Origin: Eledone cirrhosa
Taxonomy: Eukaryota
NCBI GenBank assembly: GCA_964016885.1
Contig: OZ024740.1
Location: forward strand, 273,358,001-273,422,000
Direction of reading: 5' to 3'
DNA length: 64,000 nt
Under the pieces are notes generated by a model. It was not told where the DNA came from. It did not search any database and was given only the letters and a program-made list of their open reading frames with translations. A program made the translations under genes and the position numbers. This document shows positions 27,438 through 42,347 of this stretch, piece by piece; the first letter of the stretch is position 1; each line of letters starts with the position of its first letter.

Positions 27438-27882
27438 AACGAGTAGGACCCCAACGGCTGAGCTCAAGCCGTTGGGGTCCTACGTTGAAAACAATTTGAA
27501 ATTTGATATATTGCAGTATCATACCTTTTGCTAAAAAATTTCGCAAATTTGTTTTATATTTAAAAAAATATATTTTTTCTTTAGAAATACTAAACTAAAA
27601 TGAATTGAAATACCTATGGATTTGTTTGATGTAAACACCTGTATTTCTCATTCTATTTCATAATACCTAATTCCGTATATGCCAGAGACTTAATGAATTT
27701 AAAGAAAAAATTAATAAAAAAAGTTTCATAATAATTATTATCCATGTCTGATTATATATTCTTTCTTGACTATTTTAACTATCATCCTACGCAGTATCTG
27801 TGTGGAGAGTATGTTTGTATATATCCACACACACACACACACACACATATATACACACATAAATATATATATACACACATAC

Positions 27883-27955
<73 letters not shown>

Positions 27956-28148
27956 GTTATAGGGTTGCAAGATAAATGCGTCCGTAGGTGGTATGCCGAT
28001 CTCACACACAAAACATATCTGAAGAACTTTCGATTGCAGAGTCGGGTTTGATCTGTAATAGATCGTGCTTCGAACTGATCATTAGAGAAACATGTAACAT
28101 ATTAATAAATGTTGATATGATGCAACACTGAAATCCTCGTTGTTTATA

Positions 28149-28196
<48 letters not shown>

Positions 28197-28790
28197 AGAT
28201 CAAAAGATGGCTAAACGAGTTTCAAGTATTTTATATTATGCGCATTTCAAAAACAAATATCATCATGGGATGATATCTGCGTTTTCATCAAATAAAATAG
28301 GGATACATGATATGAAGCTTAAAAAACACTTGTGAATAATGAAGTTTTAAATCAACATATGAAAAATAATTTAAGATTGATGTATGAGATTGGGAAAAAA
28401 TTAGGGGGGGGGGGGGTGGAAAGGTAAGGAAGAGGAGGAGATGAGAGTAAAGAATGGTGGGGCGGGGGGAGTATAAGAAAGAAGGATGAGAGAGGAGGAG
28501 AGATGGGTGATAGAGAGAGGGAGATAGCCTTTACAACTGAGAAAAAAAAATATTTATCTCACAGAGAGAAGTTAAGAAGCCTTTGGAAAATAATAGATAA
28601 TATAAAAGAATAATCTTATATTATTTATACTCCAGTCCTACAAACTGTAGAGTGCTACTTATCCGATATTTGCATTGCTTTATTGTGCTACAATAAAACT
28701 CACCTCCTACATATATATATATATACAGGATGTGAGTTTTATTGTAGCACAATAATGCAATGCAAATATCGGATAAGTAGCACTCTACAG

Positions 28791-28841
<51 letters not shown>

Positions 28842-28933
28842 TGTCAACATGAATGGACCTGTTATTTTTATCTAAAGACATTTTTTCTAATTCCATCCTG
28901 CCTGTCCCCTCACTCTATTTTATTTCTCACTTT

Positions 28934-28969
28934 TCTTCTGATGAAAGACTGGCGTCCGAAAAGTTAAGA
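28934..28969 (+). ncRNA. Type I hammerhead ribozyme motif
   Basis: UCUU-CUGAUGA-aAGAC UGGC GUCC-GAAA-AG-UU-AAGA; same family as 19102, with degenerate relatives at ~17128 and ~51787. Confidence 0.7.
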
Positions 28970-29071
28970 TCCTCTTCCTGCTATATCAAATGTTAACCTA
29001 ATATATACCTTCCATATACTGTACCGATTGTGTTGTTATTTCTGTTTACATTTTACAGACATATATATATA

Positions 29072-29264
29072 TAACGAAGGAATTGTGGTAAGGAACCATA
29101 TGGACCATAACGCACCAGAGTACTCAATACTTAGGGTGTAGAGTGGGTAATAGGAAAAAGTATGACCCCGACGGCAGAGCTCAAGCTGTTTCGACGGCTA
29201 TTTCTAGACTTAAATAGCCGTCGAAACGGCTTGAGCTCTGCCGTCGGGGTCATACTTTTTCCTA
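29072..29264. mobile_element. 'GACGGC' fold-back cassette in (TA)n
   Basis: Long arm 29072-29204; short inverted arm 29213-29264 ending CCTAT-(AT)n. Paralogues at 19321, 23636, 27313, 47092, 55841 and 58243. Confidence 0.85.
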
Positions 29265-29629
29265 TATATATATATATATATATACATATACATGGTCAGT
29301 ATTTCAATATATTTTGCACCATTATGTACCATTGTCTGTAACCACTAACTCCCAGAATGTAGTTACATTGTCTAACAATTTATCTCCAATCATTTCTACT
29401 CTCAGTTGATCATCTTGGTTGTTACAACTTCAATCCTGTTACCTGTATATTGCAATCATTCAAATGCGTTTAGTATGTTTTTCCCATTCTTCGTGGCATA
29501 TTTCTACAAACTCTGCGAAATAAATATTTCATTGTAGCAGGTTTTTAAGACTCTACTATTCAGATTCATACATTGTTAGTGGAAATATCAAAATAAGTAA
29601 CAATTTCAACTCGGTATTATTACTTGTGG

Positions 29630-29940
29630 AATGGCAGTATCAGTAGAGGGTCGGATGCCATGCTTTGCAGCAAAGAGTGTTACGGCCCTTTATGATCTGA
29701 GTTCAAATACTGTCGAGGTTAACTTTACCTTTCATCCTTACGGGGTCGATAAAATAAAATACCAGTAATTTACTAGGTAATTGCTGGCCTTGTGCCTATA
29801 GTAGATACAAGTATTACTTTTTTAATTCAAATCCCGCCGAGGTTAACTTTGCCTTTCATCCTTACGGGGTCGATAAAATAGAGTACCAGTAATGCACTGG
29901 GATAATTGCTGGCCTTGTGCCAACAGTAGAAACAATTATT
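29630..29940 (+). mobile_element. SINE family A plus a 5'-truncated tandem copy
   Basis: Consensus match; the second copy starts at the B-box. Confidence 0.88.
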
Positions 29941-31503
29941 GCTTTTTAATGGATTTCTTCAAGTGTTGATTAATTTGATAGCAGAAAGTTTGCTGCTGCA
30001 ATTCAGTTTACCTTTCTGCTGTCATCACATTAATTTGTTGTAATACTTCCAATACAGCAAAACTAATACACCACTTTGGCAGTTTGATTATGAATTGTTA
30101 CATGATTAGCTTGAATAGATGTTCTTAAGTACATATGATCAAAATAATCCTACAATAAGGTATAATTTGTCAGTTACAATTTTTTAAAATTAATGAAGAA
30201 ATAATATACATCAGTTTTTCTTTCACGGACTTCATTAAAATCTACAATTCCTCTAAGCCACCGGTAATAAGGAACGTATCACCATACATTGCTTGATTTA
30301 ACTATACATTCAAAACCTTTAAGAAATATCTACTTTGCACTGTCTGTACAGATGTTAAACAGTGGTGAAAGAACAATACATGATTATTATACGCTCTGCT
30401 TAATCCAAAGCCACTCAGTGAAATTAACATTAATTCCAACGATTGAGAATTGAGTAAACTTGATAAGATGTTGTGGAAACCTTATTTATGCTACCATTAA
30501 CAATATATTTTGTCAGGAATAAGTGTATCTTAAGTATGTTGAAAGTCAATAAGAACAAAAAAAGGATCATCAACATGTTCTTTACTTTTATGAATAACCA
30601 TTTTTATGTTAAGAATAGTATTCTTTCTCCCTTTTCCACTTTTATAATATATTCGTTCCTCTTATTTACATTTCATACCACCGTTTATTTTATCACCAAT
30701 AATCGTAAGTAGAATATTTCAGGCCTGATTTATCTTCCAGCATAGTTGTTATGTTTGTATTTTCAACCTCGTCTTCGGAGATGAAACTTGATTTTAATAT
30801 TTACGACTACATTAAGTGTCAGTCAGTGTGATGCGTGATCAACATCAAGCCCACAATTTCTAGGTGTATTCTGGATACAAGACGGGATACAAACTAGGAG
30901 CTTTTATTTTAAAGCTAAAGGCGTATTGTTATACACTCACTCCCACACAAGTATTTAGGATTGAATGTTATCGTCTAGGTCATCTCTGAATGCGTAGACT
31001 CCCGATGAATGATATTTAAGCTGTCACCATCTTGTCTTTCATTTTTGAATGGTGTCAAGAACTACACGACATAGATTATGATATAAAGGTGTAGTGCAAT
31101 AAGAAGGAAATATGGTTACTTTTGCTAGCAGATAAAACAAGCATTTAAAGTTTTCTTATTGACTCGGCCCTTAGTTAAAAGAGTACTGTAGTAGAAAAAC
31201 TTTCAAATGAAACAGGACCACCAAGCAGATATTGACACATCCAATCATAATTGATGAAGTTTATAAAACAACTTCCAAGCATGTGAAGGAGTTTAAGGAA
31301 TAAAATCCTTCGTATTAAGGGGAGATTTATTGGTTTACACACCAGGGAAAAAAACAAAACACAGTATCAGTCCTATGTATACATACCTTCACAAACCACT
31401 GATGTTGATTATATGACAAAACACACAAACAAACCCACTTACTTCCACTGATATATGATCATACACAAACATGGACAAGCAGTAACACAATTAGAGACAC
31501 ACA

Positions 31504-31577
<74 letters not shown>

Positions 31578-32090
31578 TATATATATATAAATACAGGCAC
31601 AGACACCAAAGGGGGAAAATATTAAAAAAAAACATGAAAGAATAAGACAAAAATTACTCAAATTACAAGCGGACTTATCTGTGTTTTGCAGTTTGTTAAC
31701 AATCTCCTTCTCTTGAAAAGAATCAAGAATAGGCTATTTATAAAATGACATATCTACTAATTTGCACACTACACCTTTCAGAGGCTGTTTTGCCCGCTCC
31801 CCAACCTTTCTTAAGCCTTTGTTATTTTTTCTTTCTTTTACTTAACAAAGGCGCTTAGGTGTATGTACATATGTAACAATATATGTACATATAGAACATG
31901 CCAATCTATATCTATCTATCTCTCAATCTATCTATTTATATATCTATCTATCTATCTATCTATTTATCTATCTATCTATTTATTTTCCAGCTGTTTCATT
32001 ATTTGACCCCTCTCTTCTTTCTTTCTTTAGATACAAATATATATATATGCATATATATATATTTAATTATTCCTTCAAGTTATATATATT

Positions 32091-32134
<44 letters not shown>

Positions 32135-32968
32135 CATATATATATATACATACATACATATATACATATGTATATATATATTTATGTATATATATACATA
32201 TATATGCATACACATTTCACTCACCTTCTCATTTTTTTTCCTTTCCACCACTCTACTCTGTTCTCTGTGCAAGAAAGGAGGAAGATTTCCGAAGAAGACA
32301 CAAGTTATTTTTGGGGTGGCACATTTGAACAGATTCTTCAATTATACAGTTGCCACAGAAGCCTTTCATATCTTTGTGTGCTAACTACAGACTTTGTCTT
32401 AAAGAACAATTCCCTGCCTTTTTGTCTTGCTACAACGATTTATTGCCATGAAGTTATTTTTACTTTTCATAAAGAAAAGTATAACTCATTTGCCCACAGT
32501 GAAGAATATATAAAAATGTTATAGGGAAGTGGGCGAAATGGGGGAAGTAGGAAGGAATGAGAGAAAAGAAAAATTCCCCACCTTCAATACCAAATACACG
32601 AAAAAAAAAAAAACTTTGAAAAAATACAGCAGAGAAGTTATTAAAAAAATTGTAACATAGGTGTACATTTGCTTATATTTATATGTATGAATATATATTG
32701 GTATATGTGGGTATATGTGTGGATATATATATATATATATATAGATGCGTATATATGAATAGATGTCAGTGTATGTTATGTCAGTATAAATGCATGAATA
32801 CAGAGGAGTCTAATAAGTAATTGTGGTCTGCATGTATACTTATTGAATACATATGCGTAGCGTACAGAAATATATACACTAACAGACATACACATACATA
32901 CACAAACACTCACAGAATATACTTTCTTTCTCCCCCTCTCAATCTCCATCATCCCTCTCTCTTTCTCT

Positions 32969-33866
<898 letters not shown>

Positions 33867-34239
33867 AGGAAAAAGTACGACCACAAGTTATTCCAATTTG
33901 TATATTTCGCTGAAGTTATTTTCTTTGTCTTTGTCTGCCCACCATCTCTTCTGTTTCTCCCGCTCGCTCACATACTGCACCCTGTATCATCTATTGTGTC
34001 ACTAGGAGATCATTACATTATTTTCTTATTCGCGGTGTCTTCATCTTATCTTCACCTCTTCCACCTGCTCTTCGAATGCATTTCGTACATTTTATTATAT
34101 TTGATTTCTTTTTATAGCTATGAATAAATAAATAAATATATAAATTCATATATATATTTATTTATATATATATACATATATATATGTATATATATATACA
34201 CACACACACGCGCACAAAAACGCACACACACACATACAG

Positions 34240-34273
<34 letters not shown>

Positions 34274-34949
34274 CGTCATCATCAATATATCCTCTTTTCC
34301 ATGCCTGCATGGGCTGGGCGTGTCCTTTTCAGGACAGCCATCCTCTACTCATTGCATTATTTTGCATTCAATTCTGTTAGGTTTATAGTTTTGAAATCGA
34401 CTCTCATCAACTCCGAGCAGGTTTTCCTAAAGGTTCTGCTACTGCAAACAAATTCCTTCCACACACATCGCCTGGCCCGTCTTTACCCAGCAATCACTAT
34501 CCATAAGCATTACATGTCTTTAGCAGTGAAAGCTTCTCTCTTGCTCACTACGTCTGATTTTTCTTAAATTCATTTTTCCTCCTAGTTCATCCATGACCCA
34601 TTATTAATGAACACTCTAATATAATTTATTCAGCAGTGCTTGATTACTTTATGTTTCCGCAGTCTCCGCATATTATCTGCATTTACCCACCATCTTTCAC
34701 TGATATTTCAAATTCGCACTCCTAATACACGAATCATACAGGCTACCCTTCACTCTGAGAAGAAAAGTCATTTGTTGTAATTTGTATTTCCCTAAACTAT
34801 ACCCAACTTGTTCTCATTCTAGCCACTCTACATTTAGAGCAACCTCCGTCACTGCTAAGGACGTCAACGAATAACCTCTATGGAACCTTCCCGGGATGCG
34901 AAAAAATTAAACTGACCACCATACGAATATGAAATGTTAATATATATAT

Positions 34950-35772
34950 ATAAAGGTCTGTCGGAAAAACATCTTAGTTAAGGAGACAAAATGTTACATA
35001 CTTTGTCGTGTTCAGTTGCAATAAACCTTCTCTACCCACTCGCACTTTGCTCAGTGACCACTTCACTGTTTTCAGCACGTCTGGAATCCTTCATCCGGAA
35101 TGGCCCTCTTCTTTCTGTTACAGTCTGCATGTTGTCATTTTATTTCTTAAAATAGGAGACTTTCCATGGCATCTTCATTATTTGAAACCAGAAGTCAGAA
35201 CGAGACATATTTGAAGAATACTGAATTAGGTGATTTAAAAAAATACTTTTCCTTGCCAAGTAATGTTGGATAAGATGCATTGAATGAGCAATGGCACATT
35301 CATGATGCAGCTGCCACTTTTACGAGGCCTACAGGCCCAGTCTGATTTGCGGAAGTGAACCACAAATACATAAGAGGACATTCTGATAACTCCCTTTTTG
35401 TTTATCTTTTCCCTTTTGGCGCGTATTCGTGAGGCACAACGCCTCGGTAGTCGAAGAAAGAAGTCAAAATCTCAATGCTTTTGCTCAGGACTTCATATGT
35501 TTTGGGGCCTTGATAATATTGGATGCTTCTATTGTCAGGCTTCATGTTATTCAAGAATCCAGATTCCGTGTTGGCAATAGCGAGTGAAATGAAAATGCGA
35601 CGAATAACTAGCACAGCACTTCACTACCTTGCCGCCTGATGCATCCAGCAAGCCACCCGAAGATCGCACATATGCATGACCGTATGTGGCTCCACTTGCC
35701 CACTTTTGTCTCCCTAACCTCATCATTTCTATGGAAAAAAATAAAGTCGAATATTTTTTGCGACAGTTTACC
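34950..35772 (-). mobile_element. Mariner transposon remnant
   Basis: Minus strand LTSFFDYRGVVPHEYAPKG matches the mariner VFFD.RGVVH.E.LP.G motif; imperfect TIRs CTGTCG(G/C)AAAAA at both ends. Confidence 0.7.
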
Positions 35773-36011
35773 ATGCATGAATTAATTCTTGATATATCGA
35801 GATTATACCACTTCCTCTACCAGTGTTGCTAATAGCGACCGCCCTGTTTTTGTTTGCCTCTGTCTGAGTGCACAATGTCAATAAATTAATGCTCTATCTT
35901 GTGTGACATTCAGAGTAAACACACCGTTAAACTAATTCACCAAATTGATTTTAATTTCTGAGTTGTGTTTTTCCGATTATTTCTAGTATTTATTATTGAA
36001 TTAACCATGTA

Positions 36012-36628
36012 AGGGCGGTGGATTGGCAGTATCGGTAGAGGATCGGACGCCATGCTTTCCAGCATAGTTACGTCCCTTTACGATCTGAGTTCAAATCTTG
36101 CCGAGGTTGACTTTGCCTTTCATCCTTACGGGGTCGATAAAATAAAGTACCAGTAATGTACTAGGTAATCGCTGGCCTTGCGCCAAAAGTAGAAACAATT
36201 ATTGAATTAACCAGGGTGGTGGATTTCCAGTAACGGTAGAGCCGTTGCATTTCATTATGACTTTCTACCTTCTTTGTTCAAATCCCACCTTCGTCAACTT
36301 TGTTTTTCACCATTCCGAGGTCAATGAAAGTAACAGATACGTAGGGCCATCCAATAATCTTCTTTTCCCTTTCTCTAAATTGATGGCATTTTGCCATTAT
36401 TTGAAATAGTAAATGTGGATGGGCAGTATCGATAGAAGGTCGGACGCCATGCTTTGCAGCATAGATTTACGTCCCTTTATGATCTGAGTTCGAATTCCAC
36501 CGAGGTTAACTTTGACTATCTTCATTACCGGGTCGATAAATAAAGTTCCAGTAATGCACTTGTGTCGATTTATTCGACTTTCCCCCCACAAAATTGTTGG
36601 CCTTGTGCCTAAATTAGAAATCATCATT
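36012..36628 (+). mobile_element. Three SINE family A copies (one young, two diverged)
   Basis: 36012-36197 with TSD ATTATTGAATTAACCA; ~36214-36390 diverged; 36415-36628. Confidence 0.85.
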
Positions 36629-37424
36629 TGAAATAATTATTAAAATTACCATTGGTAATCTATTCAAGTCATTTTATGCATATTACTGTGTTTGACAGAT
36701 TTGAGTTTTAAAAAAAAGGATCGCACTATGGTGGAATTTGACTGATAAACGTATACATAACTAATTTCTCGTATCCCCCAAAATATCAAACACCCTATGT
36801 TCACATGTTCATTCAACAATTAATTAATTCTCGACTCATTCTTTGATTTTAGGGTGCTGTATTTTCCTTATTGTAGATACAAAAGCAAAACACACTATTA
36901 AATTGAAACAAAAGGTCGATGGACAATGATGGACAACGCTATGCATTCTGCCTTGAACCTATGATGTCAAGGAATTTAGAATTATGTGCATTGCCCATGA
37001 TGCTGGTATTCCGATGTGCGTCGTTTGATTTTGACGCAAAAAAGGTGAACGAAATTGTTACACTTGGAACACTTTCTTTCTTTCACCTGCGCGTGAAACA
37101 CGAGCGACTGAGTTCAACTTATTTCATGGTGGGGCGCTGGGGCGAGTCTCAGATATGTCTAGAGCTGGGATGAGTGATGTGGCTGGATGGCACAACAGTC
37201 CGATCTTGGATTGGGGAACAAGTGTGACTGAAGACGGAGCTGATACATCCAAGGGATAGAGGGAGGGAGAACTGGATATAGAGTGAGAGTGAGGGGAGGA
37301 GTAACATGATGAAGAATGAGAAAAAAGGGTGAGAAATGTATCAAATTGAAATGAACAAATTATGCTGGCTAACTGTATATAACAAGTATATGGTAGCAGT
37401 ATACAACGATGTGTCCATTTTTGA

Positions 37425-37732
37425 AATAATTGTTTCTACTTTAGGCACAACGTCAGCAATTACTCAGTACATTACTGGTACTTTATTTTATCGACCCCGT
37501 AAGGATGAAAGGCAAAGTTAACCTCGGTGGGATTTTTGAAATAATTGTTTCTACGTTAGGCACGAGGTCAGCAATGACCCCAGTGTATTACTGGTACTTT
37601 ATTTCATCGACCCCGCAAGGATGAAAGGCAAGGTTAACCTCGGCGGGATTTGAACTCAGAATGGCAAGGGCCGTAACTCTATGCGTCAAAGCATGGCATC
37701 CGACACTCTACCAATACTGCCAATCCACCGCT
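37425..37732 (-). mobile_element. SINE family A, truncated plus full copy
   Basis: Reverse-complement matches; TTTTTGAAATAAT recurs three times as a target duplication. Confidence 0.88.
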
Positions 37733-38301
37733 TTTTGGGATTTTTGAAATAATGTTTGTTCACATTACTTCATTGTTTTCAATGTAAAGTGTATACAGCT
37801 AAAATCCACTATTGAAATAAAGTCTCACCAAAACGCTTGGATCATTTTGAAATGAATTTGTCTTTTTGGATTTTGGCTTTATTGTTATGCCAGTAACCAT
37901 GCTTCGTGACATAGCTATGTCCCATTAAGTTCCGAGTTCAAACCCACTCGGGTTAGTGTTACCTTTCATCCTTACGGGGTCGATAAAATAAAGCAACAGT
38001 AATACACTGGATTTAATTGACTTGCCACTCACAAATAATTGTTGGCCTTGTGCCTAAATCAGAAACCAATATTTTCAACAATGGTACACCCAGTGTTGAA
38101 ATGAGTTTTCTTTATATTAATTCATTGTTTTTAAAGTAAACGTATACACCGCTGCAACCCACTACAGAAACAATGTTTCTTTCAAGCGTTAGAATCACTT
38201 TGAAACAAATATTTCTTCAGTTTATTTACCCTCTCTGTCTGACAATACAATTCCGCTTATTACAGAGAAGCTTAAACAAACACACACACACACACACACA
38301 G

Positions 38302-38393
<92 letters not shown>

Positions 38394-39154
38394 GTACACA
38401 CAAGCGTGCACACATATATATATATATTTATATAAATTATAATTTTATTGACAGTGACTGCTTATTCCCACTCACTGTCAATAAAATTATATTAGATATT
38501 TGACTCTTCTTATGTAATGAATTCATTAATCACTCAATGTTTGTTGTGTTTTACGGTTTTGCACAATCATTTCTTTCACTCTCTCTCTCCATATTTATCA
38601 TCTCAACCCCGTTTCACTTTCACGACACACACACACACACACAGACATACACACAAACACACATATATATGTGTGTGGGTATGAATTCTAAATCATCTGT
38701 TTTCAGACTCGGAAAAGGATAGGTTTAGCCAGATCTAAGTGCCGTAAATGACTCAAACATGAGTTACGGGTCTATAGCACAAAGAGTAGGTACACAAATC
38801 AACATACACACATTTCTGAGAATAGTTTTTTTAACAATGAAAAAAAGATAATGTTTATATATAATTTTTAAAAATTCTGTTTCAGTAAAGAATAAATGAA
38901 ATGAATCTTCAGTTGGAGGTTCGATACCTGCCAGAGCTTTTGAAATAGTGAAATAATATTTTTTTTCAGTTATGTCAAACATGATATGAAGGTGCATAGT
39001 TTAATAGTTAGGGTGCTGTGCACTCAAACACAAGCTCAAGGTTTCGAATCCTGAATTAGGTGGCACATTTTGTTCTAGATCAAAACACTTCATATCATGA
39101 TATAACACACAATAAACCATTCATAAGATACTGCCTTGTAGGAGGCTAGCATAG

Positions 39155-39430
39155 GTGTGAGCTGTAACAATAAGATAATAAAACTGGGATCCCTAACATG
39201 AAAACACCCAAGAAATCTCTTATGGTATGTAACCACTAATGGGTTAGCTCAACCCACATACGTGTGAGCTGTAACAAAAACATGACCCGACTGCGGCCCC
39301 AATCATTAAAACATCCAAGAAACCTCCTATGGCATGCAACCATTAGTGGGCCAGCTCAACCTACATTGGCGTGAGGTGTAACAACAACAATATAAACGGA
39401 ATTGAACCCCCTATCATTAAAACACCAAAG
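39155..39430. repeat. Tandem repeat, 107-bp unit, ~2.6 copies
   Basis: G(T/C)GTGAG(C/G)TGTAACAA recurs at 39155, 39262 and 39369. Confidence 0.85.
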
Positions 39431-39968
39431 TAACAGGATTGAAAAACATTTAGTGTTATACACTTACAGACATGACTAGTTAACTTGAATCAAAGCACCA
39501 CACATTTATAACCACAAGGCCATGACAGCCTTGTCTGTTGATCTACACGACAAACGCATCCAGTATACGCTGTAAAGTGGTTGGTAATAGGAAGAGCATC
39601 TAGCCGTAGAACTTTTGCCAGACAAAGCTGAGGAAGTACCTTTAAGCAGTGTCCAGAGCATGATAGTCTCGCTAGTATTTGATGCCCTATACTATAAACA
39701 CACCCAGTACACCCTGTAAATGGTTGGTGATAGGAACGGCATAAAGCCGTAGAAAGCTAGCTAGACAAAGAGTTGGGCGTATCCTTTGGTCGTGTTAAAG
39801 TCATAACACACTCTCCTGTGCACTCGGAGGAGCGTCGACCTTACACAAAGAGATACATATGTCCCTGACCAGCATAGGATATCAGTAGCTCAGCTGAATA
39901 TTAACGTGGTCTGTTTAGACCAGTCGAAATCATGCTAAAACGACACTGATGATGAAGATGATGATGAC

Positions 39969-40743
39969 ACGAGGTGAGTCAGAAAAAAATGATATCAGGA
40001 TTGCGGTCACAAAAATAATATTTCAAATCCAAACTGCGAACTACATGTTTTCCCCTTCGGAATAATCCCCTCGAATCTAATACACTTTACCATCCTTTTA
40101 CGCCACGCGCCTATGCATCCATGGAAGGATTCTCTCTTAATTCTCCGCAGCTATGACCTCACGAATAGCTAGGTGGATTCCAAGTCCACAAATCAGATCA
40201 TATTCGAAGATTTATGGCTAATCACTGGTAATAACTCTCCCTCGCACATTTGGTTCGTTTTCAAGATGCTAAAGATTGACCTGACACACATGCATGCGCC
40301 ACCCCTTGCAAACGCTCTCCCCGTTCATACCCAGCTTACTTGCGATTAGTAGAGCAACGCACTGCCTTCCACAGGCGCTCAACGTCGGCATCAGTCTTGT
40401 GTGTTGTATCCCGTCCACTCCTGGGCTCGTCTTCCACCTTTTGTGCCACTCTCACACCCGTGAGCATGACATCGTCTCATACTTCTGAGTGCTTCTGCCC
40501 TAGTTTTCCCTAGGCGGACCAGAAACGTCAGGCTCGTTCGATGCTCCCTGACCATCGCTCGACGGCCTAGAATAAAGTAGCTATTACCCAAACCTTGTGA
40601 AAAACGTACAAGGGCTACAGAGAGCTGAGCTTGCAGTTATATGCTCCCCAGATATTACATCATACGGTGACGCAACTTGCTAATCCCTACCCAACTCATA
40701 TCTCATAGACCACACTACATCCTGTTACTTTTCTGACTCACCA
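39969..40743 (-). mobile_element. Mariner transposon remnant, internally deleted
   Basis: TIRs GGTGAGTCAGAAAA..CAGGAT at both ends; N-terminal EHRTSLTFLVRLGKTRAEAL and C-terminal RMVKCIRFEGDYSE, both mariner-like. Confidence 0.8.
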
Positions 40744-40789
40744 CATTATATATATATATATATATATTAGAATTGTAGCTCTGAAATAG

Positions 40790-41505
40790 CAATATATATA
40801 TGGATGTAAATATAATGTATTTTGCAATACACTTTATGCTTAATTAAAAGCATTTTGAAGACCGTAAGCTATTGTTTTAAAGTAGTGACAAATTCACTCA
40901 CTTCGATCTCAGCAAACAGGAGGAGATAAGCCGACATGACATGTTTCGCTTTTGTTGAAGCTTATCAAGGCCAACTACCCCGCCCGTCTGCTGAGATCAA
41001 TGATGTTATATTCTTATAGAAATCTAGTAAATAATCAGGAGCTGATTATGCAGAGCGGTTGTTGGTCAGGCAGAAATTAAAAATTAGAATTGTAGCTCTG
41101 AAATAGCAATATATATATGGATGTAAATATAATGTATTTTGCAATACATTTGTATACAAGTGTATTGCAAAATACATTATATTTACATCCATATATATAT
41201 TGCTATTTCAGAGCTACAATTCTAATTTTTAATTTCTGCCTGACCAACAACCGCTCTGCATAATCAGCTCCTGATTATTTACTAGATTTCTATAAGAATA
41301 TAACATCATTGATCTCAGCAGACGGGCGGGGTAGTTGGCCTTGATAAGCTTCAACAAAAGCGAAACATGTCATGTCGGCTTATCTCCTCCTGTTTGCTGA
41401 GATCGAAGTGAGTGAATTTGTCACTACTTTAAAACAATAGCTTACGGTCTTCAAAATGCTTTTAATTAAGCATAAAGTGTGTTGCAAAATACATTATATT
41501 TACAT

Positions 41506-41515
<10 letters not shown>
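40790..41515. repeat. Long near-perfect palindrome (~360-bp arms)
   Basis: Centre at ~41155 (TTGTATACAA); arms are essentially exact reverse complements; segment 40767-40829 is repeated at 41084-41150; flanked by (TA)n. Confidence 0.95.
41337..41380 (+). ncRNA. Type I hammerhead ribozyme, U3-A8 core variant (mirror copy on minus strand ~40930-40973)
   Basis: GGCC-UUGAUAA-GCUUC AACA AAAGC-GAAA-CAUGUCAUG-UC-GGCU; C3-G8 is replaced by compensatory U3-A8. Confidence 0.75.
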
Positions 41516-41544
<29 letters not shown>

Positions 41545-41663
41545 GTCCCGGGTTCCATATATATATATTGAGTCCCGGGTTCAATTGGGGTAACGACAGT
41601 AATTTTGTTATATATATATATATAAATCTATTAATCTGTGTGAAGGTGTGTGTGTGACTATAA

Positions 41664-41727
<64 letters not shown>

Positions 41728-41830
41728 AGGTATACATCCCTACACTCAAAAACCGTCCAGGGACACATGTATTGTCCAACAATATGCCAATGCGGTTCAA
41801 TGGCAGGTTAATAAATTAACAAGCCAGAAC

Positions 41831-42347
41831 ATATATAATCAAGGTTTAGTAAATAAGAAAAAGTTTCGAAATAAATTTCAAAAATTCACTGTACTCACTA
41901 TGGTAACCTTTACCGAATCGGTTTCGAATCTCAAAAATAAATGGACAGTCCTTGCGGCCTTCCATTGAACAGATAAACTCTCGTCAGAAGGTTCTTTTCA
42001 CTCGGAGAATATAACATTCCCGAGTTCAAATTACGAACTGGCGCTATTAAAAATTGTTCCCGAGATGAGAATGAATGATGTGGAAGCAATTCTGTCCAAT
42101 CATTCATTCTCATCCCGGGAGCAATTTTGATTAGCGCCAGTTCGTAATTTGAACTCGGGAATTTTATATTCTCCGAGTGAAAAGAACCTTCTGACGAGAG
42201 TTTATTTTTTCAATGGAAGGCCGCAATGACTGCCCATTTGTTTTTGAGACTCGAAACCGATTCGGTAAAGGTAACCATAGTGAGTACAGTGAATTTTTTT
42301 AAATTTATTTGGAAACTTTTTCTTATTCGCTAAACCTTGATTATATA
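41831..42347. repeat. Long imperfect palindrome (~245-bp arms, ~19-bp spacer)
   Basis: 41831-42079 is the reverse complement of 42099-42347 with scattered mismatches. Confidence 0.95.
42186..42272 (+). ncRNA. Type I hammerhead ribozyme with extended stem II (mirror copy on minus strand 41906-41992)
   Basis: ACCUU-CUGACGA-GAGU[~47 nt]ACUC-GAAA-CCGAUUCGG-UA-AAGGU; perfect stem I, palindromic stem III, GUA site. Confidence 0.85.

Noticed and set aside
39155-39430. CRISPR-like array
   Set aside because: Whole units are homologous with no unique spacers; the context is eukaryotic and has no cas genes.
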